Source of the DNA: Vulcanimicrobiota bacterium
GTDB taxonomy: Bacteria > Vulcanimicrobiota > Vulcanimicrobiia > Vulcanimicrobiales > Vulcanimicrobiaceae
NCBI GenBank assembly: GCA_963777315.1
Contig: CAVZQC010000004.1
Span: 832,001 to 896,000 of the forward strand
Reading direction: 5' to 3'
Length of the DNA: 64,000 nucleotides
Position 1 is the stretch's first letter; each line of letters starts with the position of its first letter. Below, piece after piece: positions 27,167 through 36,557 of the stretch. The position numbers were made by a program, and so were the translations under genes. The notes below the pieces were generated by a model, which saw only the letters and a list, made by a program, of their open reading frames with translations, had not been told where the DNA came from and ran no database searches.

Positions 27167-27670
27167 CTATCGCGCGTTGATCCGGTCGAAAACGATCGCC
27201 GTTACCCATCCGTACAAACAGCGTGGAACGATGTCGGAAATCCAGCCCGAAACACCCCACTGCGCAGGATCGGTTTGCCGCAACGCGGTCGCCGTGCCTT
27301 CACTGAGCGCCATCGTCAGCGCAGCAAGGCCGATGCCCGCCCAAAACCACGAAACGCCGCGCATTGCAGGGCGTACCGCTCCGAATAACGCTCCGGCGCC
27401 CAAGCCGTCCGTATAGCCCAGCAGCGCGCCCAACGCAATGCGGCGATGCCGCTCGTGGTCGCTCAGCGCTGCTTGCGGCTTTGCCAGGTCGCTCGCGCCC
27501 GCCATCTGCGCGAACTTCGCCACCATCTTTTGCGGCAAATCACTGGGTGCGCGTCCGCGAACCGCCATGTCGACGTACGTCGTCGCGTTGAGGATTGCGC
27601 TGCCGGCAGCCCCGGCAAGTATTCCGTCGGCAAGATTCTGCACGCCGTTATCGCTCATCGTGCTCGCCAT
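27167..27670 (-). CDS. hypothetical membrane protein
   Basis: GILAGAAG..LNATTYVDMAVRGRAPS, TDPAQW, DIVP..YG. Confidence 0.65.
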   Translation of the reverse strand: MASTMSDNGVQNLADGILAGAAGSAILNATTYVDMAVRGRAPSDLPQKMVAKFAQMAGASDLAKPQAALSDHERHRRIALGALLGYTDGLGAGALFGAVRPAMRGVSWFWAGIGLAALTMALSEGTATALRQTDPAQWGVSGWISDIVPRCLYGWVTAIVFDRINAR

Positions 27671-28529
27671 GATGCGCGCTTCGCGGCTGACGTAAGCCCA
27701 ACCGCACCATATCTTCGTCCGTGAAGGCGATATCGGCCGCGGCAACGTTCTGCTCCAGATGCACGACCGACGAAGTGCCCGGAATCGGCAGCATCGCACT
27801 TGACCGGTGCAGCAGCCACGCCAGCGCAATCTGGTGAACGTGCACGCCGTGCGCTTTCGCGACGATCTGCACTTCGGTATTTTGGGCGATGTCGTCGGAA
27901 TTTGCCCCCAGCGGAAACCAGGGAATGAACGCCATGCCGCTGCGCTCGCAATAGTCGATGATGTTTTCGCTCGGGCCCCGGTACGCTACGTTGTACCGGT
28001 TCTGCACCGAAACGACGGGCACGATGGCTTCGGCTTCGCGCAGCAAATCCAGCGTCACGTTCGAGAGCCCTGCATGACGTATCTTGCCGGCGTCGCGTAA
28101 ATCTCGCAGCGCGCCGACTTGATCCGCCCATGGAACTTTCGGGTCTACCGTGTGCAGCTGGTACAGGTCGATCGTATCGAGTTTGAGCCGACGCAGGCTT
28201 TCCTCGCAGCAGCGCTTGAGCCGATCCGGACGGCAGTCCGCCATCCATTGCCCCGGGCCGGGACGGGTGTTGCCGCCTTTGGTGGCGATAACCAAATCGC
28301 GCGGATACGGATGCAGCGCCTGCGCGATTTGCTCTTCGTTCACGTTTGGACCGTACGCATCGGCCGTGTCGATGAACGTCACGCCCAGTTCAACCACTCG
28401 GCGCAGCACGCGCAGCGCGTTCTCGCGGTCCGGCGGCCATCCCCATACGCCCGTACCGGGCAGGCGCATCGCGCCGTACCCCATCCGGTTCACCGTTACG
28501 TCCCCGCCGAACGTTATCGTTCTTGCCAT
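27648..28529 (-). CDS. aldo/keto reductase
   Basis: GYGAM, IDTADAYG, IATKGG, IDLYQLH, GLSN, PIPGTS. Confidence 0.93.
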   Translation of the reverse strand: MARTITFGGDVTVNRMGYGAMRLPGTGVWGWPPDRENALRVLRRVVELGVTFIDTADAYGPNVNEEQIAQALHPYPRDLVIATKGGNTRPGPGQWMADCRPDRLKRCCEESLRRLKLDTIDLYQLHTVDPKVPWADQVGALRDLRDAGKIRHAGLSNVTLDLLREAEAIVPVVSVQNRYNVAYRGPSENIIDYCERSGMAFIPWFPLGANSDDIAQNTEVQIVAKAHGVHVHQIALAWLLHRSSAMLPIPGTSSVVHLEQNVAAADIAFTDEDMVRLGLRQPRSAHHGEHDER

Positions 28530-28551
28530 ACGGTCTCTATACCCGAACCGC

Positions 28552-29214
28552 TCACCCGCGTGCGCTGATATCCATCGCGCCCACGAAGCGGCCCTCCTCA
28601 AACGTGTACATCAGGTGGCCCACCACGCGGCAATCGCTCACGCATGCGGGCCGAAACACGGCCACGCACTCGCCATGCGCTCGCCGTACGCTGGCAAACA
28701 GAATGCCGTCCGCGCGGTCGGCTTCGTATAACCGGCGAGCGTACCGCTGCGCAACGCTGAAATCGGACGGATCGTAAATCTTGGAATGCAACTTGGCCCG
28801 CACGTCGTCGTAGTTGCCCGCAATATGGGCGCTGTACACGCGCATGTGCACGATCTCGCTTCGCAAACCGGCATTCGCAATGAACTGTCCTCGATGATGC
28901 GCGGTTTCAGCGATTGCGGTTTGCTCGTCGTGTGCGGCATAGTACACGCCATAGGTTCCGTCGGAAAAGCGGCTGGGCTTGGTGTGCGTGAACGCTGCCA
29001 TGATCGGCGTCGAGCCTTCGCCGGAGATCCGTTCGTGCGGCCGCACCAGCGAAAGTTCTCCGGCTTGGGTGAGAATGCGTGGGTTCGTCGCCGATTCGAG
29101 CGCCAAGACGGCGTCCAGATCCGACGCATCGGCAACGCGATCGAAAATGCCGATGGGCGGATACACCGATGGAATAATGCGAAACGCCTGCGGCCAGTCG
29201 ACCCGCGCTACCAC
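28552..29214 (-). CDS. RES-domain toxin (MbcT/ParT-like NAD+ phosphorylase family)
   Basis: R (FRII), SRFSDGTYGVYYAA, E (IAET), S (FASVR); start overlaps the antitoxin stop. Confidence 0.87.
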   Translation of the reverse strand: MVARVDWPQAFRIIPSVYPPIGIFDRVADASDLDAVLALESATNPRILTQAGELSLVRPHERISGEGSTPIMAAFTHTKPSRFSDGTYGVYYAAHDEQTAIAETAHHRGQFIANAGLRSEIVHMRVYSAHIAGNYDDVRAKLHSKIYDPSDFSVAQRYARRLYEADRADGILFASVRRAHGECVAVFRPACVSDCRVVGHLMYTFEEGRFVGAMDISARG

Positions 29215-29621
29215 CCTCGCTCGCCGTCGAGGTACCGCCGCACCAGGTACAGATCGCTCACCTTGCCCGCCAGCATCAAATCGAGCGGCGCGAATCCGTT
29301 GAACACCGGCGCGCTGTTCTTGCGGCGGATCCATCCGTCGGCGGCCTCGTTGCGCGGCAGTAAGATCTGCAGGGCCTTATAGATGCCTAGGATGTATGAA
29401 ATGCGCTCCAACGTGTCGCGACTCAGGCGCGCGTTGGCGGGGTCGCGCTGGTACTTGAAGTCACTCGACGCTTTCAGTCCCAAAAGCCGCTGCCGCTGCG
29501 CCGTGGCCAAGCCCCACAGGTCCGCGATGTGGAAAAAGGTGCGCAGCGCGGGCCCCGACATGCCGCGCGCATCGTCGAACACCGCCGAGGGTCCCAGTAT
29601 CACCGCCGCCGAGGCGCTCAT
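29208..29621 (-). CDS. Xre/MbcA/ParS-type antitoxin
   Basis: FFHIADLWGL, ERISYILGIYKALQIL, WIRRKN..F.G.APLDLM, VRRYLDGERG. Confidence 0.87.
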   Translation of the reverse strand: MSASAAVILGPSAVFDDARGMSGPALRTFFHIADLWGLATAQRQRLLGLKASSDFKYQRDPANARLSRDTLERISYILGIYKALQILLPRNEAADGWIRRKNSAPVFNGFAPLDLMLAGKVSDLYLVRRYLDGERGW

Positions 29622-29810
29622 GCTACGAAAATACATCTTTTCTGCGATTTAGTCTACTCTCGTATAGGGCAGGTAGGTAAAATAACCATTAATCGGGCCC
29701 GACGGTACTCGCCTACAACGGGGCACGCGTGCGAAAATAGCAAGCGAACGGGGGCTTGGACGGCGCCCGAATTCACGGAAGAGCGGGACATGCAGAAAGC
29801 TCGTCACTAG

Positions 29811-31499
29811 ATGTCCTTTTGGGACACCCGTAGCCGCATTGGCGCGTTGTATCGTTCGCTTCGTGACGCGCACGAGGATCCGGCGGCCTTTATTACGCAG
29901 GTGCTGCGCGAATGCGGGAGCGCGGCGGGCGCGGACCGTACGGCGTTGTTGCACGTGTTGGGCGCTGAAGCGTTCGTTGCATTCGCCGGCGACGCGGCGC
30001 TGCTCGGCATGCGCGTGGATCTTCCGCCCGCGCCGGCAGCCTTGGGCGCGCGCACCGCAACGCAGCGCGAGTTTGCCGCGGCCAATCGCCGCTGGCTGCT
30101 CGTTTTGGGTTCCCAAAGCTCAACGGAAATCGATCCCCATCAGCCCCTCGTCGACGAAGTCCTCAGCCTGCTCTGCGTGCTGCTCGAGCGCACCTACGAA
30201 GGCGAACTGCGCGGCTCGCGCAACGACGAACTCACGGGCCTGCCGGACCGCCCTTCCACGATGGCGCGGCTAACACAAGCGATTGCGGGAGCGACCCGAA
30301 CCGCCACCAACGCAGCGCTGCTGTTCTTGGATCTCGACGGGTTCAAAAAAGTCAACGACAGTTTCGGGCACGCCCGCGGGGACGACGTGCTGCGCAACAT
30401 CGCGGGCCACTTACGCCGCGCACTACGGACCGATGAATTTTTGGGCCGAATCGGCGGCGACGAATTCTCCGTCGTGCTGCCCAGCGTTTCGCACGCCGAT
30501 GAAGCCGCGCAGGTCGCCGAACGTCTCTGCGCGGCAGTGCGCGAATCTGCGGTCGAACAAGAAATCGACGAGCTGGTTTCACTCAGCGTAGGGATTGCGC
30601 TGTACCCGGCGCACGCGCGCACGTGCGAAGAGTGGCTCGCGCACGCCGATGCGGCGATGTACCGCGCGAAACGTTCCGGCAGCGGCTACTGCACTTACGA
30701 TCGTGATTGGACGAGCGAATTGCCCCTGTCTTCGGGCGCGGCCGTCAACATGGCCACCGCCGACGTCGAGCACGAATTTCTGCTGTGCTTCCAGCCGATC
30801 TTTCATATCGCCACCGGACGAATCCACGGCGCGGAAGCCTTCGTTCGCTGGCTGCATCCGCAAGCCGGTATGCTCTCGCCCGCGCAGTTCATCGAATCCA
30901 CCCGCTGGCGTGGAACCGCCAAGCTCGATGCATGGGTCGTGCGTGAAGCCGTGCGTTACGCCGCCAAGTGGCGCCGGGCATACGGGGTCGAGCGACTGTA
31001 CGTCAACGTCGCCGTTCCCAACGAAGCCGCAGCTTCGTTGATCCTGGGCATGCTCGACGGCATCGATCCCCTGGAACGCTCCGCGATCGCGCTCGAACTG
31101 AACATGCCTGCGACGGCGGGGCACGAATCGCTTCCAGGCGTGGTCGACCGCATAGCCGGCAGTGGGGTGAGCGTGGGAATCGACGACTTTGAAGTAAAGA
31201 CCTTTTCGCTCGACGTGCTCGCGCAATTGCACGTGAACTTCATCAAGATGTCGTACGATGCGGTCGCGGCCGGAACCCCGCAGGCAAAGAGCTTGGAAGC
31301 GGCGCTCGCGCTCTCGAAGATTTTCAACTGGTCCACCATCGTGGCGAAAATCGACAACGCATTCGACGTCGACGTACTGCGCCGTCATGGGGCTGCCTAC
31401 GTGCAGGGTTTTGCCTTCGCTCAGCCCCTCACGGCGCCGGATTTCCAGGCATGGCTCGAGCACAACCGTCCCGGCGAGGCTATCGCTCCACGCCATTGA
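29811..31499 (+). CDS. GGDEF-EAL protein (EAL domain degenerate)
   Basis: DELTGL, DLDGFKKVNDSFGH, GGDEF, ADAAMY; FQPI, EAF, IDDFE, VQGF. Confidence 0.9.
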   Translation: MSFWDTRSRIGALYRSLRDAHEDPAAFITQVLRECGSAAGADRTALLHVLGAEAFVAFAGDAALLGMRVDLPPAPAALGARTATQREFAAANRRWLLVLGSQSSTEIDPHQPLVDEVLSLLCVLLERTYEGELRGSRNDELTGLPDRPSTMARLTQAIAGATRTATNAALLFLDLDGFKKVNDSFGHARGDDVLRNIAGHLRRALRTDEFLGRIGGDEFSVVLPSVSHADEAAQVAERLCAAVRESAVEQEIDELVSLSVGIALYPAHARTCEEWLAHADAAMYRAKRSGSGYCTYDRDWTSELPLSSGAAVNMATADVEHEFLLCFQPIFHIATGRIHGAEAFVRWLHPQAGMLSPAQFIESTRWRGTAKLDAWVVREAVRYAAKWRRAYGVERLYVNVAVPNEAAASLILGMLDGIDPLERSAIALELNMPATAGHESLPGVVDRIAGSGVSVGIDDFEVKTFSLDVLAQLHVNFIKMSYDAVAAGTPQAKSLEAALALSKIFNWSTIVAKIDNAFDVDVLRRHGAAYVQGFAFAQPLTAPDFQAWLEHNRPGEAIAPRH

Positions 31500-31509
31500 A
31501 TAGGCGCGT

Positions 31510-32310
31510 ATGCACCGTTCCATACGGCGTGCGGTGGCGGAAATTGCCGGCGGCGCCGGCGACGATTCTCAGCGCCATATCGACCTAGCCGCCGAGCGCA
31601 TTCAGCACGCGCTGCTGGACGTGTCCATTCCGGCGGTGCGCGGGCTGGAAATAGGCGTTCACGCCGAACCCGCTCGCCTCGTCGGCGGCGATTACATCGA
31701 CCTCATCGTGCGTTCGGACGGCTCGCTGGTGTTCGGCTTAGGCGATGCGTCGGGCAAATCGCTTGCCGCCGCGCTCAACGCCATGATGCTGCGCTATCTC
31801 GTGCGAGGATTGATCAGCGCGCTGGGCAGCGACGCTCTTGCGTCGATCGTCAAGCATGCCAATGCGGTCGTCGCGCAAGACCTCAGCGACGATGCCTTCA
31901 TCACGTTTCTGCTGGGCGCAATCGATCCACAATCGGGCGCGCTTCGCGTGGTCAACGCCGGGCACGAACCTCCGATGGTGCTGCGCGAAGGGAGCGATGT
32001 CGTCGAGATGATGGAAGTGCACGAAATCGTGCTGGGCATCGACGCCGCCACCGAGTACGTGCAGCAAGAAACGCAGCTCGGCGTGGGGGATATTGCGCTG
32101 CTCTATACCGACGGACTCACCGAAGCGACCAATTCGCGCGGCGAACTGTTTACCATGGAGCGCCTGGCGCAGACGCTGCTCGCGCAGCGTACGAAGAACG
32201 CTCAGGAACTGGCGGACGCGGTGTTCGAATCGGTCAAAGATCACTCCGGGCAGGCGTTGCGAGACGATGCGACCGTACTCGTGCTGCGGCGCCGGGACGC
32301 AGTGCGTTAG
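31510..32310 (+). CDS. PP2C/SpoIIE-family phosphatase (RsbU-like)
   Basis: VGGDY, GDASGK, NAGH, YTDGLTE, DDAT. Confidence 0.92.
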   Translation: MHRSIRRAVAEIAGGAGDDSQRHIDLAAERIQHALLDVSIPAVRGLEIGVHAEPARLVGGDYIDLIVRSDGSLVFGLGDASGKSLAAALNAMMLRYLVRGLISALGSDALASIVKHANAVVAQDLSDDAFITFLLGAIDPQSGALRVVNAGHEPPMVLREGSDVVEMMEVHEIVLGIDAATEYVQQETQLGVGDIALLYTDGLTEATNSRGELFTMERLAQTLLAQRTKNAQELADAVFESVKDHSGQALRDDATVLVLRRRDAVR

Positions 32311-32606
32311 CGCAGGCCTTCTTCAGCCAAGCGCAGTTTGACGGCAAATTCCAGCCACGACGTCGGCCGGCTGTCGGCCAGCGTGCGCAGCGCATCGCGC
32401 GCGCGCGGACTCAGCGGTACGCCGGGATCGGCGCAGCGCAACACCTGCAGCGCGTCCTCGATACGCGCGGCCGCTTTTTTTTCCGCATTTTCTTTTACCA
32501 GGCGGGTTGCGAACCGAACGACGTCGTTCGGCTTTAGGTTGTCCAAGTTGAATGGATACACGAATCCCTCGCGCGTGGTTGGTACGATCTGCATAACGAG
32601 AGCCAT
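32307..32606 (-). CDS. hypothetical protein
   Basis: 99-aa ORF filling the gap between the PP2C gene and thrS. Confidence 0.55.
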   Translation of the reverse strand: MALVMQIVPTTREGFVYPFNLDNLKPNDVVRFATRLVKENAEKKAAARIEDALQVLRCADPGVPLSPRARDALRTLADSRPTSWLEFAVKLRLAEEGLR

Positions 32607-32684
32607 GCCCCTAAGGTTCTTAAGATTTTCCGAGAATGCGCGAACCGCCAGGCTTGCTGCTTGCTATCGGCCAAAAAGCACAGC

Positions 32685-34436
32685 GTGAGTTCCACCGCCC
32701 AAGAGCGCCCCACGTCGCTGGCCGACCTGCGCCACACCGCCGCCCACGTGCTGGCCTATGCGGTCGCGGATCTTTTTCCGGACGCGAAGCCTACGATCGG
32801 TCCGGCCATTGAAAGCGGCTTCTATTACGATTTCGACCGGAAAGAGCCGTTCACGCCCGACGATCTCGCGCGCTTGGAAGAGCGCATGCGTGAAATCGTT
32901 CGTGCGGATTACCCGATGACCGGCCGCCAGGTTTCTCGCGAGCAAGCCGTCGACCGTTTCGCAAGCAATCCCTACAAAGCCGAGCTCGCGCGAGACATTC
33001 CGGAAGGCGAAGCCGTCACGTTATATACCATTGGAGAATTTACCGACCTTTGCCGCGGCGGCCACGCACCCTCGACCGGGCAAATCGGCGCGCTCAAACT
33101 CACCAGCGTTGCCGGCGCGTACTGGCGCGGCGACGAGCGCAACCCCATGCTGCAGCGCATTTACGGAACGGCGTGGCACACCCAGAGCGAACTCGACGAA
33201 TACCTGCATCAAATCGAAGAAGCGCAAAAGCGCGACCATCGCAAACTCGGACAAGAGCTCGATCTGTTTTCGGTGCAAGACGAAGCCGGCGGCGGACTGA
33301 TCTTCTGGCACCCCAAGGGCGCGTTGATGCGCGGCATCGTCGAAAGCTTCATTGGCGACGGCTTGCGCGAACGCGGTTATCTTCCGGTCGTCACGCCGCA
33401 CGTCGTTCACGAACAGCTCTACGAAATATCCGGGCATTTGGAGAACTACGCCGAGAACATGTTCGGCGCCATAGAGGTCGAAGAGCAGCGCTTCCGCCTT
33501 AAGCCGATGAACTGCCCGGGCCACATTCTCATCTACAAGAGCCGGCCGCGCAGCTACCGCGAGCTGCCGTTGCGGTTCTCCGAATTCGGTACGGTGTATC
33601 GCTTCGAGCGCAGCGGCGTACTGCACGGTCTCACGCGCGTTCGCGGCTTCACGCAGGACGACGCGCATCTGTTCTGCGCGCCCGAACAGCTGCAAGGCGA
33701 GTTCGAACAAACGCTCGACGAAGCGCTGCGCTTGATGGACGCGTTCGGCTTTAGCGAATTTCAGTATTTCCTGTCCACGCGGGATGCGCAGCTGCGAGCG
33801 AACACCGACGCGGTCGGCGAGGACGCCATCCGCAAAGCGCTCGAGAGCCGGCGCTTGCCGTACGGCATCGACGAAGGCGGCGGCGCGTTCTACGGGCCCA
33901 AGCTCGACATCTATCTACGCGACGCCATCGGACGCAAATGGCAGCTCGGCACGGTGCAGGTCGACTTCGTTCTTCCCCAACGCTTCGAGCTGAAATATCG
34001 CGGGGCCGACGGCGTCGATCATACCCCGGTCATGATCCACCGCGCGCTGGCCGGATCGATGGAGCGCTTCTTCGGCATCCTCATCGAACACTACGGCGGT
34101 AATTTCCCCACCTGGCTCGCGCCGGTTCAAGCGGTCGTCGCCCCCATTTCCGAGCATCAGATCGAGTACGCGCAGTCGGTGCGCGCGCAGCTGGCGCAAC
34201 GCGGATTCCGCGTCGAGGTCGACGAATCCAACGAAAAATTGGGATACAAGATTCGCCGCTGGAAGACGCAGAAAGTGCCCTATATTTTGGTCGTCGGCAA
34301 GCAAGAAGCCGCCGACGGAACGGTCAACGTCAACGAACGCGCGCCGCTGTCCGCCGGCGAAGCGCCGCCTAAACGCACCGTTACGGTCGACGCGTTCGCA
34401 TCCGAGCTGGAGGCAAAGGTCGAATCAAAATCATGA
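32685..34436 (+). CDS. thrS: threonine--tRNA ligase
   Basis: HTAAH, GFYYDF, DLCRGGH, RDHRKLG, KPMNCPGH, TQDDAH, FYGPK, IHRALAGSMERF. Confidence 0.97.
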   Translation: MSSTAQERPTSLADLRHTAAHVLAYAVADLFPDAKPTIGPAIESGFYYDFDRKEPFTPDDLARLEERMREIVRADYPMTGRQVSREQAVDRFASNPYKAELARDIPEGEAVTLYTIGEFTDLCRGGHAPSTGQIGALKLTSVAGAYWRGDERNPMLQRIYGTAWHTQSELDEYLHQIEEAQKRDHRKLGQELDLFSVQDEAGGGLIFWHPKGALMRGIVESFIGDGLRERGYLPVVTPHVVHEQLYEISGHLENYAENMFGAIEVEEQRFRLKPMNCPGHILIYKSRPRSYRELPLRFSEFGTVYRFERSGVLHGLTRVRGFTQDDAHLFCAPEQLQGEFEQTLDEALRLMDAFGFSEFQYFLSTRDAQLRANTDAVGEDAIRKALESRRLPYGIDEGGGAFYGPKLDIYLRDAIGRKWQLGTVQVDFVLPQRFELKYRGADGVDHTPVMIHRALAGSMERFFGILIEHYGGNFPTWLAPVQAVVAPISEHQIEYAQSVRAQLAQRGFRVEVDESNEKLGYKIRRWKTQKVPYILVVGKQEAADGTVNVNERAPLSAGEAPPKRTVTVDAFASELEAKVESKS

Positions 34437-35305
34437 AACCAGTCGGTCTCCTTTTTGCAACAGCGCTCCTGGCGTCGGCGTGCTCCGGGAACTTCGACAC
34501 CGGAACGAACCTGCCCAATTCGATTCCGCCGATAGGCAGCCCGACGCCGTTCGGCGCTCCGCAAAACGCCGTGTCGCCGCTGCCTGAGGCGTCCGGAGCA
34601 AACGTCGAGTCCGGCGTCTACGCGATCGGCGAAGCATCCACCGGGTTTGCATGTCCGCAGACCGTCGACGGGTACGCGTGCTTGCTGCGCTTCAACGTTC
34701 CAGCACCCACGCCCACGCCGGCGGCGCGCGCCAAAGGCAAAAAAGCAACGCCCACGCCCAGCCCGACGCCCACACCGACCCCTACACCCACGCCGTCGCC
34801 GTCGCCGCTTGCAAGCGGTCCGACTGCACAGCCTTCACCTTCTCCCACGCCGTCGGGACCGACCGTCGCGCTCAAAGCGGAAGCATTGCCGAAAGACGCG
34901 CCGGCGATGTACCGCACTCCCAAGAATTCGCTCGACGTCGTGCCGTTGATGATGGTGAGCATCACACCGACGCAAGATTTCGCGCTGGACGGTTCGGCGG
35001 CAATCGCGCAGTTTACGCTGCCGCAGGAACAAACCGCCCAACGCGGATTCGCCGTGCAGCTCTTCGCGCTGACCATGCATAAAAAACACAAGGATTACCG
35101 GCCGATCTGGACATTCGACAAATCGAATCTCAAAGACGGCACGCTTACCTTCGTATTCACCCCGCCCAAGATGACGATCGCAAAGGCAAGCACGTACGTG
35201 CTGGTGCTTTACGGCGACGACAAAGCCAAAGAATCGCCCGGCCCCAGTGCGTCGCCCGGCGCTGCGCCCAGCGAATCACCCAGCCCGAACGCATCACCGA
35301 CGTAG
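34433..35305 (+). CDS. Pro/Thr-rich putative lipoprotein
   Basis: Lipobox ASAC; (TP)n/(SP)n linkers; ATGA overlap with thrS. Confidence 0.7.
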   Translation: MKPVGLLFATALLASACSGNFDTGTNLPNSIPPIGSPTPFGAPQNAVSPLPEASGANVESGVYAIGEASTGFACPQTVDGYACLLRFNVPAPTPTPAARAKGKKATPTPSPTPTPTPTPTPSPSPLASGPTAQPSPSPTPSGPTVALKAEALPKDAPAMYRTPKNSLDVVPLMMVSITPTQDFALDGSAAIAQFTLPQEQTAQRGFAVQLFALTMHKKHKDYRPIWTFDKSNLKDGTLTFVFTPPKMTIAKASTYVLVLYGDDKAKESPGPSASPGAAPSESPSPNASPT

Positions 35306-36547
35306 TTGCTCTCGGGTCTCACGCGCGACCAGCGCAACACCTTCGTCGCGAGCTTTCTTGGCTGGACGCTCGATGCGTTCGACTATTTTTTGGTCGTCGT
35401 GGTTTTGCGGCACGTCGCTGCGGATCTGCACTCCACGTTCGTAGCTGCATCCATTGCCGTAACGCTCACGCTTGCGCTGCGACCGGCCGGTGCGCTGATC
35501 TTCGGCTGGTTTGCCGACCGCTACGGGCGCAGAACGCCGCTCATGTGGGACGTTGCGGCGTATTCCGTGCTGGAGCTGGCCACCGCGTTTTCGCCGAATC
35601 TCACGGTCTTTATCGTGCTGCGGGCGTTGTACGGCATCGCGATGGGCGGTGAGTGGGGCATCGGCGCCGCACTGGCGATGGAAGCGCTTCCGGCGCGCAA
35701 GCGCGGCCTGTTTTCCGGCATCCTGCAAGAAGGTTACGCCGTCGGCAATCTGCTTGCGGGCGCCGCGTTCGGCGTACTGTTCACGCACATCGGGTGGCGC
35801 TGGATGTTCGTCATCGGAACGCTGCCCGCGCTGCTGATCTTCTATATCCGGGCGAGTGTTCCCGAATCGCCCGTCTGGCTGGCCGGAAAAACGGCAGCGG
35901 CGCCCGGGCCGCATCCGCTGCTGGTCGCCTTGAAAGCGAAATGGCCGCTGTTTCTTTATGCAGTGCTGTTCATGGCGGCGTTCAATTTCATGTCTCACGG
36001 CACGCAGGACGCGTACGTGAGCGCTTTCCTGAACGGTCAGCACCGTTTTAGCCCGGGCCTCTCGGGCGCAATCAATTCGATTGCCGCAGTCGGCGCTATC
36101 GCCGGCGGCATCTTCTTCGGCGCGATGTCGCAGCGCTTCGGACGACGCAGCATCATCCTCGTTTGCGCGGTTCTCGGCGGGGCGCTCATTCCGCTATGGG
36201 CGTTGAGTTCGACTGTCGCGCTCCTGGCGTTGGGCGGCTTTCTCATGCAGGTCATGGTGCAGGGTGCGTGGGGAATCATTCCCGCGCATTTGAACGAAAT
36301 CTCTCCGCCGCAAATTCGCGGAACGTTTCCGGGCTTTACCTATCAGTTCGGCAATTTGATCGCATCCGCAACGCTCACCATCGAAGCGCTGCTTGCGTCC
36401 AAGACGTTCGTGCTGCCCGGCGGCCATCCCGATTACGCGATGGCGATGGCAGTTTTTACGGGCGCGGTTTTTGTGTTGGTCATCGCGCTCACGGCGATTG
36501 GCTATTTCGTAGTGCCGGAACACCGCGAGCGCAATCTTTCATCGTGA
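35306..36547 (+). CDS. MFS transporter, sialate:H+/JEN-like carboxylate family
   Basis: GWTLDAFDYF, ADRYGRR, MGGEWG, SHGTQD, QGAWG..PAHLNE. Confidence 0.88.
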   Translation: MLSGLTRDQRNTFVASFLGWTLDAFDYFLVVVVLRHVAADLHSTFVAASIAVTLTLALRPAGALIFGWFADRYGRRTPLMWDVAAYSVLELATAFSPNLTVFIVLRALYGIAMGGEWGIGAALAMEALPARKRGLFSGILQEGYAVGNLLAGAAFGVLFTHIGWRWMFVIGTLPALLIFYIRASVPESPVWLAGKTAAAPGPHPLLVALKAKWPLFLYAVLFMAAFNFMSHGTQDAYVSAFLNGQHRFSPGLSGAINSIAAVGAIAGGIFFGAMSQRFGRRSIILVCAVLGGALIPLWALSSTVALLALGGFLMQVMVQGAWGIIPAHLNEISPPQIRGTFPGFTYQFGNLIASATLTIEALLASKTFVLPGGHPDYAMAMAVFTGAVFVLVIALTAIGYFVVPEHRERNLSS

Positions 36548-36557
36548 CTCATTTCCG

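Noticed and set aside
25327..27180. Many long Arg/Ala-rich alternative-frame or antisense ORFs (e.g. 25327..27180, 56284..57900, 10632..11819)
   Set aside because: They overlap motif-supported genes and have no family signatures; expected from stop-codon scarcity at high GC.
34700..34860. Repetitive ACGCCC/CCGACG tract resembling a short-repeat array
   Set aside because: It encodes the (TP)n/(SP)n linker of a lipoprotein; there are no constant repeats with unique spacers and no cas genes, so it is not CRISPR.
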